This document shows, piece after piece, positions 1 through 12,664 of a DNA stretch of 64,000 nt; the stretch's first letter is position 1, and every line of letters starts with the position of its first letter. The notes beneath the pieces were generated by a model. The model saw nothing but the letters and a program-made list of their open reading frames with translations, was not told the DNA's origin and did no database searches. Source of the stretch: an uncultured Gammaproteobacteria bacterium (GTDB lineage Bacteria; Pseudomonadota; Gammaproteobacteria; UBA9214); assembly GCA_963748215.1 (NCBI GenBank), contig CAVVHS010000006.1:988355-1052354 (forward strand), given 5' to 3'. Position numbers and translations under genes: made by a program.

Positions 1-703
1 CGCCCGCCAGCACCGAGCAAGGCATGCCGGGCTCGCCCAGGTGATCGAGCACCAGTGCTGCCCCGGTAAAATCCTGTTGCGCGGTATAGGGATTGACGGT
101 CACCAGCGTGACCACCCCGGCGGCCAGCGCGGACTGCAGACCGTTGAGCGAGTCCTCGATAGCGATGCAGGCCTGCGCCGGCAGGTCCAGTTGCGCCAGT
201 GCGTAGTCATAGATATCCGGGGCCGGCTTTTTGCTCGGCACGACGCTGCCGGCGGCAATCACCTCGAACCAGTCGTGCGCCGCCTCGCTGAACGAATGCT
301 CGAGCAGGGCGGTGATATTGTCCGGCGTCGTGGTCGTGACAATGGCCAGGCGCAGCCCGGCGGCACGGATGTCCCGCAACAGGCGCTCCACGCCTGGCCG
401 CAGCGGCACCTTGCCGCTGGCCAGCGCCCCGACGTAATAGCCGGTCTTGCTCTGGTGCAGACCGGCAATGAAGCCATCGGCGTCATCAGGAAAAACGAAC
501 CCGGGCCTTTCGCGCTGCAGGTAGTAGCGGATGCGCTCCTTGCCGCCGGTCACGGCCAGCAACTCGTGATACAGCTCACGATCCCATTCCCAGTCGAGCC
601 CTGCCGCGGCAAACGCCGCATTGAAGGACTGGCGGTGAATCTCCTCGGTGTCTGCCAGCGTCCCGTCCACGTCCAGCAGCACGGCTTGCAATTCATGTTT
701 CAT
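1..703 (-). CDS. HAD-superfamily hydrolase, CbbY-like (3' end beyond window edge)
   Basis: Manual minus-strand translation from ATG 703: MKHELQAVLLDVDGTLADTEEIHRQSFNAAFAAAGLDWEWDRELYHELLAVTGGKERIRYY. HAD motif I (DVDGT) plus the CbbY-type HR..FN.AF and TGGKER motifs. Absent from the ORF track because it runs off the window. Confidence 0.85.
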   Translation of the reverse strand, partial: MKHELQAVLLDVDGTLADTEEIHRQSFNAAFAAAGLDWEWDRELYHELLAVTGGKERIRYYLQRERPGFVFPDDADGFIAGLHQSKTGYYVGALASGKVPLRPGVERLLRDIRAAGLRLAIVTTTTPDNITALLEHSFSEAAHDWFEVIAAGSVVPSKKPAPDIYDYALAQLDLPAQACIAIEDSLNGLQSALAAGVVTLVTVNPYTAQQDFTGAALVLDHLGEPGMPCSVLAG

Positions 704-789
704 CGATTACCCCACTTTGTAGTGCTCCGGCACGACCCGTTCACGGCAAATACCGGCAAACAGGCCGTTTTTACAGCCTGCCCGTATCC

Positions 790-817
790 TTGACTAATGG
801 TAAAAGTGGCGTATAAA
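790..817 (+). promoter_or_regulatory. Putative sigma70 promoter of dksA
   Basis: TTGACT-16 nt-TATAAA in the AT-richer divergent intergenic region. Confidence 0.5.
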
Positions 818-929
818 TAACGCCCCTGTAATGGTTCCCCGCCGGATATGATACCTGAGCGCGGCAATAATTGAATCGAAATATCAACTCAAACAGTGAG
901 TTAAAAAGCACCACGCGGAGAGCTTCCAG

Positions 930-1670
930 ATGGCTGTTAAAAAGAAGGCAGTAAAGTCAAAGGCAACGAAGAAGAAGACCGTCTCCAGGGCAAAGCCGGC
1001 CAGGAAAACAACAGCAAAGAAAGCCGCCCCTGCCAGGAAAGCCGCACCGAAAAAAGCCGCATCGAAAAAAGCCGCACCTGTAAAAAAAGCCGCGCCGAAA
1101 AAAGCTGCCCCTGCAAAGAAAGCCGCACCGAAAAAGGCCGCACCTGTAAAGAAAGCCGCGCCGAAAAAGGCCGCCCCTGCCAGAAAAGCCGCGCCGAAAA
1201 AGGTCGCCACATCCACCCGTGCAGTCACGACGGCACGGAAGAAAGCCAGCGGGCAGATCGGACCCGTGCCCGGCATCGCGGCGTATGCCGAAAAAAGGGG
1301 CGAGGAATACATGAATGACAAACAGGTCGCGCACTTCCGCAATATCCTCCAGGCCTGGAAGCGCAGCCTGATGGAAGAAGTCGACCGTACCGTGCACCAC
1401 ATGCAGGACGATGCCGCGAATTTCCCGGACCCGAACGACCGTGCAACCCAGGAATCCGAATTCAGCATGGAACTTCGCGCACGTGACCGCGAGCGCAAGC
1501 TGATCAAAAAGATCGAAGAATCGATTCGACATCTCGACAACGACGACTTTGGTTACTGCGAGGCCTGCGGCGTGGAAATCGGCGTCAAGCGGCTCGAGGC
1601 ACGTCCGACCGCGACACTGTGCATCGACTGCAAGATCCTCGACGAGATCCGCGAAAAGCAGATGGGCTGA
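930..1670 (+). CDS. dksA: RNA polymerase-binding factor DksA with Lys/Ala/Pro-rich N-terminal extension
   Basis: C-terminal EEYMNDKQ..HF, coiled-coil tip DPNDRA, zinc finger CEAC...CIDC; followed by gluQ as in the canonical dksA-gluQ pair. Confidence 0.95.
   Translation: MAVKKKAVKSKATKKKTVSRAKPARKTTAKKAAPARKAAPKKAASKKAAPVKKAAPKKAAPAKKAAPKKAAPVKKAAPKKAAPARKAAPKKVATSTRAVTTARKKASGQIGPVPGIAAYAEKRGEEYMNDKQVAHFRNILQAWKRSLMEEVDRTVHHMQDDAANFPDPNDRATQESEFSMELRARDRERKLIKKIEESIRHLDNDDFGYCEACGVEIGVKRLEARPTATLCIDCKILDEIREKQMG
1017..1203 (+). repeat. Degenerate coding repeat (KKAAP-type units, about 33-bp period) within dksA
   Basis: About 11 units, mostly alternating AAPKK and AAP[AV][KR]K. Confidence 0.85.
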
Positions 1671-1696
1671 CGGCCCCGTCGCTGTGCCACATGGAC

Positions 1697-1721
1697 AAAG
1701 CCGGCCCGCGCCGGCTTTTTC
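1697..1721 (+). terminator. Intrinsic terminator between dksA and gluQ
   Basis: aaagccggc-ccgc-gccggcttttt hairpin with T tract. Confidence 0.7.
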
Positions 1722-1751
1722 ATTGATCGAGGACATGGCTCCGATTCGCAC

Positions 1752-2687
1752 ATGACATTTACCCCGGACTACCGCGGCCGTTTCGCGCCTTCACCGACCG
1801 GCCCCCTGCATTTCGGGTCGCTGGTCGCCGCCGTTGGCAGTTACCTCGATGCGCGCCATTACCAGGGGCGCTGGCTGGTTCGCATGGAAGACCTCGACCC
1901 GCCGCGCGAGATGCCCGGCGCCGGGGACCTGATTCTGCGCACACTGGAAGCGTTCGGACTCGAATGGGACGAAACCGTCGACTATCAAAGCCGGCGCGGC
2001 ACGCTGTACGATGCGGCGCTTGACCGGCTGGAGCGGGACGGTCACCTCTACCACTGTGCCTGCACGCGACGGGAAATCGCGGACAGCATGACAGGGCCGG
2101 ACCGCAGCTCCGTCTATCCCGGCACCTGCCGCAACGGCCTGCCACCCGGCAGGCAGGCACGCGCCGTGCGAGTGCGCGTGTACGACTCGGCCATCAGCAT
2201 GACAGATTTGCTGCAGGGTGGCATGACCCAGGCACTCGGAACGGCAGTTGGCGATTTCGTATTGCGCCGCGCCGACGGCCTCTATGCCTACCAGCTTGCC
2301 GTGGTGGTCGACGATGCCGAGCAGGGCATTACTCACGTCGTGCGCGGCGCCGACCTGCTCGGCTCGACGCCACGGCAGGTTTACCTGCAGCAACTGCTTG
2401 GCTACACCAGCCCCGCCTACCTGCATCTGCCGGTCGCCGTGAACGCCGGCGGCGAGAAACTCGGCAAACAGACCTTCGCACCGGCCATCCCGTCCACGCA
2501 CGCGATCGACACCCTGCAGCAGGCACTGGCGTTCCTCAACCAGCCGTTGCCCGATGGCGCCCGGGATGCCACGGTGGCCGAATTGCTCGCGTGGGCCGCA
2601 ACGCACTGGGACAGGCATGCCCTGCCCGGCCGGCGGCAGCTGGTGGCACCGGGAGTATTTCAACAAGTCACACCGGCAAGGCTATAA
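1752..2687 (+). CDS. gluQ: Glutamyl-queuosine tRNA(Asp) synthetase
   Basis: YRGRFAPSPTGPLHFGSL, YQLAVVVDD, KLGKQ; no anticodon-binding domain; downstream of dksA. Confidence 0.93.
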   Translation: MTFTPDYRGRFAPSPTGPLHFGSLVAAVGSYLDARHYQGRWLVRMEDLDPPREMPGAGDLILRTLEAFGLEWDETVDYQSRRGTLYDAALDRLERDGHLYHCACTRREIADSMTGPDRSSVYPGTCRNGLPPGRQARAVRVRVYDSAISMTDLLQGGMTQALGTAVGDFVLRRADGLYAYQLAVVVDDAEQGITHVVRGADLLGSTPRQVYLQQLLGYTSPAYLHLPVAVNAGGEKLGKQTFAPAIPSTHAIDTLQQALAFLNQPLPDGARDATVAELLAWAATHWDRHALPGRRQLVAPGVFQQVTPARL

Positions 2688-2729
2688 TCGGCCCCTGTCA
2701 ACCCGACACCAGCCCCAGCGGAGCAGAGT

Positions 2730-4670
2730 ATGTCCGAGAGCAAGATCTACGATGTACCGGAATCATTCGCAAGAACAGCACACCTCGACGCAGCGCAATA
2801 CCAGGCCATGTACCGGCAATCCGTCGAGGACCCTGACGGATTCTGGGCAGAGCAGGCCGGGAAATTCCTGACCTGGGAGCAGCGCTGGGACAAGGTGGTG
2901 GACGCGGATTTCAGCAAGGGCGACATCCGCTGGTTCGAGGGCGGCAAGCTGAATGCCTGCTTCAACTGCGTCGACCGGCACCTGGAAAAGCGCTCCACGC
3001 AGACCGCACTGATCTGGGAGGGCGACGACCCCGCCGACGACGCACACATCAGCTACGGCGAACTGTATGAGCACGTCTGCCGCCTGGCCAATGCACTGAA
3101 GGCGCGCAACGTCGGCAAGGGCGACCGCGTCTGCATCTACATGCCGATGATTCCGGAAGCGGTCTACGCCATGCTGGCCTGCGCGCGTATCGGCGCCGTT
3201 CACTCGGTGGTATTCGGCGGCTTTTCACCGGATTCGCTCAAGGGCCGCATTCTCGACTCGGACTGCCGGACCGTCATCACCGCCGATGAAGGCCTGCGCG
3301 GCGGCAAGACCGTACCGCTCAAGGCCAACGTCGACAAGGCGCTGCAGGGCTGCCCCGATGTACACAGCGTGATTGTCGTACGCCGCACCGGCAGCAGCGA
3401 CGTGGGCTGGCACGAGGAACGTGATATCTGGTATCACGACGCGATAGCGGCCACGGAGGTCGAATGTCCGGTCGAATGGATGGATGCCGAGGATCCTCTG
3501 TTCATCCTCTACACCTCGGGCTCCACCGGCAAGCCGAAGGGTGTGCTGCACACCACGGGCGGCTACCTGCTGTACGCGGCCATGACGCACAAGTACGTGT
3601 TCGACTACCACGACGGCGATATCTACTGGTGTACCGCGGATGTCGGCTGGATTACCGGTCATACCTACATCGTGTACGGACCGCTTGCCAATGGCGGCGT
3701 GTCGCTCATGTTCGAGGGAGTGCCCACCTACCCGGATGCCTCGCGCTTCTGGAAGGTTTGCGACAAGCACAAGGTCAACACGTTCTATACCGCGCCGACG
3801 GCCTTGCGCGCGCTCATGCGCATGGGTGAGGAGCCGCTCAGGAAGTCCTCGCGCAGCAGCCTCCGTCTGCTGGGCACGGTCGGCGAGCCGATCAACCCCG
3901 AGGCATGGGAATGGTATTACCACAAGGTCGGTGACGCACGCTGCCCGATCGTCGACACCTGGTGGCAAACCGAAACCGGTGGCCACATGATCACCCCGCT
4001 GCCGGGCGCCACCCGCCTGAAACCCGGCTCCGCCACCCTGCCCTTTTTCGGCGTGCGACCGGCCATCGTCGACAACCAGGGCAAAATCCTGGAGGGAGAG
4101 GCCGAGGGCAACCTGGTGATCACCCACACCTGGCCGGCGCAGATCCGCACCGTCTACGGCGATCACCAGCGTCTTATCGACACCTATTTCTCGGCGTTTC
4201 CCGGCATGTACTTCACCGGCGACGGTGCACGGCGCGACGCGGATGGCTACTACTGGATCACCGGCCGCGTGGACGACGTGCTGGTCGTGTCCGGCCATAA
4301 CCTCGGCACCGCGGAGCTGGAAAGTGCACTGGTGCTGCACGCGGCGGTGGCCGAGGCAGCCATCGTTGGTTATCCGCACGACATCAAGGGCCAGGGCATC
4401 TATGCCTATGTCACGCTGGTCAACGGCGTGGAACCGACCGAGGCACTGCGCAAGGAGCTGATCAATCACGTGCGCCAGGAGATCGGCCCCATCGCGACGC
4501 CGGACGTCATACAGTGGGCACCGGGGCTGCCCAAGACACGCTCGGGCAAGATCATGCGCCGCATCCTGCGCAAGATTGCAGCCAATAAAATGGACGAGCT
4601 CGGCGACACCTCGACCCTGGCCGATCCCCACGTGGTCGACGACCTGGTCGCCAACCGGATCGCTACCTGA
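2730..4670 (+). CDS. acs: Acetyl-CoA synthetase
   Basis: [38 protein letters not shown]. Confidence 0.97.
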   Translation: MSESKIYDVPESFARTAHLDAAQYQAMYRQSVEDPDGFWAEQAGKFLTWEQRWDKVVDADFSKGDIRWFEGGKLNACFNCVDRHLEKRSTQTALIWEGDDPADDAHISYGELYEHVCRLANALKARNVGKGDRVCIYMPMIPEAVYAMLACARIGAVHSVVFGGFSPDSLKGRILDSDCRTVITADEGLRGGKTVPLKANVDKALQGCPDVHSVIVVRRTGSSDVGWHEERDIWYHDAIAATEVECPVEWMDAEDPLFILYTSGSTGKPKGVLHTTGGYLLYAAMTHKYVFDYHDGDIYWCTADVGWITGHTYIVYGPLANGGVSLMFEGVPTYPDASRFWKVCDKHKVNTFYTAPTALRALMRMGEEPLRKSSRSSLRLLGTVGEPINPEAWEWYYHKVGDARCPIVDTWWQTETGGHMITPLPGATRLKPGSATLPFFGVRPAIVDNQGKILEGEAEGNLVITHTWPAQIRTVYGDHQRLIDTYFSAFPGMYFTGDGARRDADGYYWITGRVDDVLVVSGHNLGTAELESALVLHAAVAEAAIVGYPHDIKGQGIYAYVTLVNGVEPTEALRKELINHVRQEIGPIATPDVIQWAPGLPKTRSGKIMRRILRKIAANKMDELGDTSTLADPHVVDDLVANRIAT

Positions 4671-4704
4671 GCCGCCGGCATCACCCGCCGGACGCGCGGG
4701 GCGC

Positions 4705-5664
4705 ATGATCACAGCCAGCGCGTTCCGGCCGGCCTGGTGGCTGCCCGGGGCGCACCTGCAGACGCTCTACCCGTCGCTGTTCCGCAAGCGCATCATCCCG
4801 CGCCTGACACGCCAGCGGCTGGAATTACCGGACGGCGACTTTATCGACATCGACTGGACCGATGCCGGCAGCGATCTGCAGGTGCTGGTGCTGCACGGCC
4901 TGGAAGGCTCACTGGAATCCCACTACACCGGCGCCCTGCTCGCCAGGCTGGCACAGGAAGGCTGTCATGCGGGATTGATGTACTTCCGCGGCCGCAGCGG
5001 CGTGGTCAACCGGCTGCCGCGCAGCTACCACTCGGGCGATACCGCGGATCTCGATTATGCCGTTCGCACACTGCGCACGGCCCACCCGCACCGGAAACTG
5101 GCCGTTATCGGCTTCTCGCTCGGCGGCAACGTATTGCTGAAATGGCTGGGAGAACAGGGCTGCGGCGCGCCCGTCAGCACCGCGATAGCGATTTCCGTGC
5201 CCTTCGATCTCGACAGCGCGGCACGGCAGCTCGAACGCGGCCTGTCGCGCATCTACCGCAATCACCTGCTCGGCAGGCTGCGGCAATCGGTCATGGCGAA
5301 ATCGGCCACACACCGGCCGCCGCTGCCGCTGCAGGAACTGCACCGGCTGCGCAGCTTTCGCGCCTTCGATGATGCCATAACCGCACCGTTGCACGGATTT
5401 GCCGGTGTTGACGACTACTACTCACGCTCCAGCAGCGGGCAGTTCCTGCACTCGATCTGCATACCGACCCTGATCCTGCAGGCGCGGGATGATCCGTTTC
5501 TTCCGGCCGATGCCCTCCCTGGCGAATCAGACCTCAGCCCGGCCGTCACCCTGGAACTGGCGGAACACGGCGGCCATGTCGGATTCGTAACCGGGCGCAC
5601 CCCGGCGGCACCCGTCTTCTGGCTGGAACAACGCATCGCGGAACATCTGGCAGGCTATACCTGA
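4705..5664 (+). CDS. YheT-family alpha/beta hydrolase
   Basis: FRPAWWLPGAHLQT, LHGLEGS, GFSLGG nucleophile elbow, DDPF, GGHVGF; start taken at ATG 4705. Confidence 0.88.
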   Translation: MITASAFRPAWWLPGAHLQTLYPSLFRKRIIPRLTRQRLELPDGDFIDIDWTDAGSDLQVLVLHGLEGSLESHYTGALLARLAQEGCHAGLMYFRGRSGVVNRLPRSYHSGDTADLDYAVRTLRTAHPHRKLAVIGFSLGGNVLLKWLGEQGCGAPVSTAIAISVPFDLDSAARQLERGLSRIYRNHLLGRLRQSVMAKSATHRPPLPLQELHRLRSFRAFDDAITAPLHGFAGVDDYYSRSSSGQFLHSICIPTLILQARDDPFLPADALPGESDLSPAVTLELAEHGGHVGFVTGRTPAAPVFWLEQRIAEHLAGYT

Positions 5665-5804
5665 TCGACACGGCGCCGGCTGCAGTATCGCCAGCCGTCG
5701 GTACAGGCCGGTCTCCGGCACTCTCAAGCAGTCAGGCCCGGTGCCGATAACGCCCCTATATAAGGTATTCCGGCACCTTAAATCTCGAGCCACGGGCAAC
5801 CCAT

Positions 5805-7055
5805 ATGTACAAAATCATTTCCGGTATCACCTTGCTGCTGGCATCCGCCGTTTGCATGGCCCAGGGCGACATCTGGAACAACCTGTTCCAGGAGAAGCTG
5901 CGCGAGGCCAACCAGGGCAACAGCGAGGCACAATACGACGTTGGCACCATGTACCAGAACGGCCGCGGCGTAAAGCCGAGTCGCACCAGCGCGGTCGAAT
6001 GGTTCAGCAAGTCCGCAGACCAGAACAATCCGCAGGCCATCTCGCGCCTGAAGCTGATGCACGAGAACGAGACACGCTTCAACCGGACACTGGCGGAGGC
6101 GGAACAAGGTGACCGTGCAAGCCAGTATGAACTGGGCAATATGTACACCAAGGGTGTCGGTGTGGAAATCGACTACCAGAAAGCGATTGCTGCCTACGAG
6201 AAGGCGGCCGACCAGGGTTACGACAAGGCCGCCTACAAGCTGGGACTGATCTATAGCGAAGGCAGCGGCATTCCGGCTGACATGAAAGCCGCGTTCAAGT
6301 GGTTCAGGATCGCCGCGACCGGCGGCTACCCGGCCGCCCAGTACAATCTGGGTAAGATGTACGCTGCCGGCCAGGGAACCGGCAAAGACAACGCGCTGGC
6401 GCTGGAATGGCTCAGCAAGGCGGTCGAGGGCGGTTTCGACCAGGCACGCGGCGCGATGATCAATGTATCGGAAAACATCGCCATGGAGGCTGCGGCAGCC
6501 CGGTCTGCCAGCTCCACGCAGGCCGCACCGGAACCCGCGCCCGTCGTCACGGCACGCAGGCCCGCCAAACCCGTCGTCAGCCGCAAGCGACGCAAGATAG
6601 AGCAGCCCGCAAGCAGGACCTGGAGTATCGAGGACCTGATGCTCGCCGCCTGGTACCGCGACACCGACCCCGTCACCTACCTGCCGTCCGCGATCAACAA
6701 CTGCAGGATCGAGGACGACCGGCTCGTATGCCTGAGTGACGACCAGACACGACGCACGGCCGCCAACCTGATCAAATACAAGACCAAGGCAATCATCGAG
6801 AATTTCACCGACACGGGCACGTTCGAGATCACCTACCGCAACCTGGTCATCGATGCCAGCCGGATCGAGTCGGCGGACGCCGCTGATGAAACAGGCGGCA
6901 GTGATGATGAAAACACCTATACCGTCAAGACCGGCTGGGGCACACCGCACAACCTGGAGTGCCAGTTCAAGGACCATGGCACGCTCACCTGCGTGAAAAA
7001 CAAGTCGCACAGCTTCGAACTGATCTCGCCGCAGAACCTCGCGGCCGGCAAATAA
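5805..7055 (+). CDS. Secreted Sel1-repeat protein with uncharacterised C-terminal domain
   Basis: Signal peptide; Sel1 units AQYDVGTMYQNGRGV, SQYELGNMYTKGVGV, AAYKLGLIYSEGSGI, AQYNLGKMYAAGQGT. Confidence 0.85.
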   Translation: MYKIISGITLLLASAVCMAQGDIWNNLFQEKLREANQGNSEAQYDVGTMYQNGRGVKPSRTSAVEWFSKSADQNNPQAISRLKLMHENETRFNRTLAEAEQGDRASQYELGNMYTKGVGVEIDYQKAIAAYEKAADQGYDKAAYKLGLIYSEGSGIPADMKAAFKWFRIAATGGYPAAQYNLGKMYAAGQGTGKDNALALEWLSKAVEGGFDQARGAMINVSENIAMEAAAARSASSTQAAPEPAPVVTARRPAKPVVSRKRRKIEQPASRTWSIEDLMLAAWYRDTDPVTYLPSAINNCRIEDDRLVCLSDDQTRRTAANLIKYKTKAIIENFTDTGTFEITYRNLVIDASRIESADAADETGGSDDENTYTVKTGWGTPHNLECQFKDHGTLTCVKNKSHSFELISPQNLAAGK

Positions 7056-7216
7056 CAACCCTCCACCCGTCGTCCCGCACTCCAGCGGGGCCGGTAGATA
7101 TTGTCAGCTCCGCACGGTGCGGGCATCATACCTGCATCCGACATGCAGCGACGAACTGCAGGCCTGCCCGCCGGTCAGTCGGCAACCATAACAATCGGCA
7201 CATCGTGGAGGAGAAC

Positions 7217-7693
7217 ATGCTTGCAACAGGCGATAGCGCACCGGCTTTCGAACTGCCGGACTCGGACATGAAGATTCGTTCACTGGAGGAGCTGTCCGGC
7301 TCCTGGGTGGTCCTGTACTTCTACCCGCAGGACGACACGCCCGGCTGCACCATCCAGGCCAACGAATTCACCGACCTGATCGACGACTACGCCGCCGAGG
7401 GGATCCAGGTACTGGGCGTCAGCCCCAACGACTGTTTCAGTCACCAGGCGTTTCGCGAGAAGTACGGCCTGAAAATCGTGCTGCTCGCCGATGTCGACCA
7501 GGAAGTCTGCGAACAGTACGGGGTGATTCAGGAAAAGGAGAAGAACGGCGTGCGCAAGATCGGCGTTGTCCGGTCAACCTTCGTCATCGACCCGGCTGGC
7601 CGGCTGGCCCACGTTGAATACGGCGTCACGCCCAAGGACCATGCGCACAAGATACTCGAACGGGTACGGCAGCTTGCAGCAGGCCAGCCCTGA
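7217..7693 (+). CDS. bcp: Peroxiredoxin BCP/PrxQ family
   Basis: VVLYFYPQDDTPGCT, RSTFVID; GGAGGAG Shine-Dalgarno before ATG 7217. Confidence 0.9.
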   Translation: MLATGDSAPAFELPDSDMKIRSLEELSGSWVVLYFYPQDDTPGCTIQANEFTDLIDDYAAEGIQVLGVSPNDCFSHQAFREKYGLKIVLLADVDQEVCEQYGVIQEKEKNGVRKIGVVRSTFVIDPAGRLAHVEYGVTPKDHAHKILERVRQLAAGQP

Positions 7694-7720
7694 CAGCTAC
7701 GCCCTGTTTCGCCAGGTCTG

Positions 7721-8155
7721 CTACAGTCGCTCGGGAAGGTGGCCGCGTATTTCGTGCGCGGTGTATTGACCCAGGTTTTTCTCCAGCTCGGTAACCTGCA
7801 CGTCCGCGGGCAGATCGAGATGCTGTCTGAGATGTCCGAGCAGGTGCGGCCCGGCCACCAGCAACAGGCGGTTGCAACGCCCGTCCTGGCAGGTAGTCTT
7901 CAGGTGATCGCAGAGGTGCTTGGCGAAGCGGATGAGCTCCTGTTCCACGGGGTCCACCGAAACGCCCATCGAATGCCTGCCCTTCCCCTTCGAGTCGAAA
8001 CTGCGCCCGGGACGGTCGGCATTGATATCGCGGGCGTGCTCGCGCCCTTCCGGATGCTCCAGCACACCAATCTGCTGCAACCCGCCTTCCGGATCGTCAG
8101 TGGTGAAGATCCGCGCACTACTGTTGTCTGCGACAACGATCCAGTGTTTTGACAT
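7721..8155 (-). CDS. Host attachment protein family
   Basis: WIVVADNSSARIF, DRPGRSFDS.G.GRHSM, LLLVAGPHLLGHLR; start at ATG 8155 with AGGGG upstream. Confidence 0.85.
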   Translation of the reverse strand: MSKHWIVVADNSSARIFTTDDPEGGLQQIGVLEHPEGREHARDINADRPGRSFDSKGKGRHSMGVSVDPVEQELIRFAKHLCDHLKTTCQDGRCNRLLLVAGPHLLGHLRQHLDLPADVQVTELEKNLGQYTAHEIRGHLPERL

Positions 8156-9131
8156 AAAGCCCCTCTCCCTTGCATATCCAGTTGTCTGTCTGACCTGCCC
8201 GTACATTATACATAGGATATCGCGAACGTATTGACCGGGATCATATTACCCATGCCGGGACGACGCAAAAACATACCGCCCGCTCCGTCGTCGCACGAAC
8301 AGCCGCGTCCCGGGTGACTGCCGCGACGCTAAAACACGGCCGGGCAGGATTGCCGGTGACACGTGGCCGCCGGGCTGCTGGAGACGTGTGCGCGGGAACG
8401 GTCCTGTAGCGGGTCAGGATCTCCGGCTGGCACGCACTCATTATTGCGGCAGGTGTACCGGCTGCGATCCCGGCAGCAATCCGGATGCCCGCCTGGCGAG
8501 TCAGGCCGTATCGCAGCGTTGGGGTATCCGTCGCAAGAGCCGGCTGCAGCTGATATACGCGGACTCGACGGTGTCCATGCACATCAGGAAGTCACTGCAA
8601 CCGGCAGGCGGCTTCGCGCAGGCCGACAGTCGGCAGGCTGGTGTTTATCGCGGCCAGGTGCGGGCTGCTTCTTGCTTCGATCAGCGACGCCCCGCGATCC
8701 CCTTTTATTGTCTGCCTTGCCGTGATGTGCAGGTATTGAGGTCGATCATGATGCCGTTTGCGTAGACGGTATCCCTGCGGAACGGTGCCAGGTTTTGTTC
8801 CTGGCGAGCCTGCCCTTGCCGCACCGATTCCTCACCTTGTTGATGCCCCCTCCAGAGAGATGAATGACGACGTCAAACCTTGCGCGGGATGGCCGCTATA
8901 TCCATATACCACCGGCCGTCAGACGCCAGCATTGTTGCTGTTTTTATATCACGATCCGGACAGCATGCAGCATCGGGGAGAGGTTCGTGCGGCCATTCAG
9001 CGGGTTAACCGGTCCCGCCGCCAGTATTTGTCCATTCAGCGCAAACGCGGGATAATGCCAGTGCAAGATAATAATTCTGATATAGCAGCATTGATAATAA
9101 CAAGCAGGCGCCCTGCTCCGTAGGTTGCGGC

Positions 9132-10032
9132 ATGAAATTCCGACTCGGCAAAAGCGAATCCGCCAGTAAAGGCATCGCGCGCATCAATCGCGAGTTGTGC
9201 GAGTACGCTGCCGGGATGACCGGAAGCGGCAACGCCCTGACTGACGACACGGCATTCGAACTGCGCAAAACCGTGAAGAAGCTGCGGGCGGTGCTGCGGA
9301 TCAGCCGTCCCGCGCTGGGTAACAGTGCGTATCGGGAACTCGACCGTCGCATGCGCGACTTCGCCAGGGAACAGGGCCTGCTGCGCGACAGCGCGGTGCT
9401 CATCGAAACGCTCGATGCATTGCTGGAACACTTCAAACCGTTTCCGGATGAAATCGCCATGCAGACGGCAAGGAATGCATTGCACTGCCGCTACGAGCTT
9501 GCGCTGGAAGATTTTCTGCAGGCCAATGATGACATATCCCTGACAATGCGATTCACCGACATCGAGCAGCGGGTTCGGGATCTCGATCTGCGGCGTGTCT
9601 CGCGTGCGATGCTGCTGGAGGGCATCGGCAAGACCTACCGGCGCTGTCGAACCGGGCTGCAGAAACTGCACGAAATCCCCAGCACGGAAAACAGCCACGA
9701 TCTGCGCAGACAGGTGAAATATGCATGGAACCAGCTGCGGCTGATACGCAGATGGCAGCCCGGCGGATTCAAGCCGGTGATTGCCGGACTGGACAGGCTG
9801 GGCGAGCTGCTGGGCCAGGACAGTGATCTCGCCATGCTGGCGGGCACTGTCCAGCGCCACCCGGAACTCTGCTGTAACCGTATCCGCGCCGAATTCATTA
9901 TCGCGCTGGTGGAGGCACGCCGTGTTGCCTTGCTGACTGCAAGCCTGCGCCTGGCGGACCGGCTCTTTGCCGAGCCGCCGGACAAATTCGCCCGGCGGCT
10001 GAAGCACGACAGCGGCGGCAAACTCCGGCTGA
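9132..10032 (+). CDS. CHAD-domain protein (probable true stop TGA 10030-10032, out of frame by one base)
   Basis: ELRKTVKKLRAVLR and HDLRRQVK CHAD motifs, LGELLGQDSDL. The ORF track reads through the terminator into pnp antisense; removing one base near 10011 gives ...KHDAAANSG*. Confidence 0.8.
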
Positions 10033-10044
10033 GACGCAGGCAAC

Positions 10045-10071
10045 AAAAAAGGGGCCGCAGCCCCTTTTTTA
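10045..10071. terminator. Bidirectional intrinsic terminator between CHAD gene and pnp
   Basis: aaaaaaggggc-cgca-gcccctttttt between convergent genes. Confidence 0.85.
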
Positions 10072-10088
10072 CCGGTTCAGGACCGGTC

Positions 10089-12182
<2,094 letters not shown>

Positions 12183-12243
12183 GAGTAGTTTCCTTTGATT
12201 TGGATGGTCATCGGTCGGGCGAGTTGCGCGACAGCGTCGCCGG

Positions 12244-12513
12244 CTAGCGGCGCAGACCCAGGTTTTCGATCAGGTCCTGGTAGCGCTTGCTGTCCTTGCC
12301 CTTGAGGTAGTCAAGCAGCTTGCGGCGCTTGTTGACCATGCGCAGCAAACCCTGGCGTGAATGATGATCAGCCTTGTGTTTCGCAAAATGGTCGGTCAGA
12401 TCGGTAATGTTGGCGGTCAGCAGGGCCACCTGCACTTCCGGCGAACCGGTATCGGCCGCGCCGCGCTGGTGCGTCTTGACGATCTGTTCCTTTTTCTCGG
12501 CATTCAAAGCCAT
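12244..12513 (-). CDS. rpsO: 30S ribosomal protein S15
   Basis: [26 protein letters not shown]. Confidence 0.98.
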   Translation of the reverse strand: MALNAEKKEQIVKTHQRGAADTGSPEVQVALLTANITDLTDHFAKHKADHHSRQGLLRMVNKRRKLLDYLKGKDSKRYQDLIENLGLRR

Positions 12514-12566
12514 GGATAGAACTCCGTGAAATTACGATAATTTCTTCAAAATTGAGCGAGCTGCGT

Positions 12567-12595
12567 ATTCTAACTGCCGTTGGGGCCGGCCACAA
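12567..12595 (-). promoter_or_regulatory. Putative sigma70 promoter of rpsO-pnp
   Basis: Minus strand TTGTGG-17 nt-TAGAAT. Confidence 0.55.
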
Positions 12596-12664
12596 GTCAT
12601 ACCGAGGTGGTAGGCCGGCCGGGCGTTCCCCGGCTTCCCGTCAGTCTCCCGGACTGTCCGCCTG

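Noticed and set aside
41-793. 250-aa plus-strand ORF
   Set aside because: Antisense shadow of the CbbY-like gene.
884-1540. Hydrophobic GAAFF-repeat membrane protein
   Set aside because: Reverse-complement translation of the dksA KKAAP repeat.
8427-8448. sigma54 promoter (TGGCACG...TTGC)
   Set aside because: The spacing between GG and GC does not fit the strict -24/-12 geometry.
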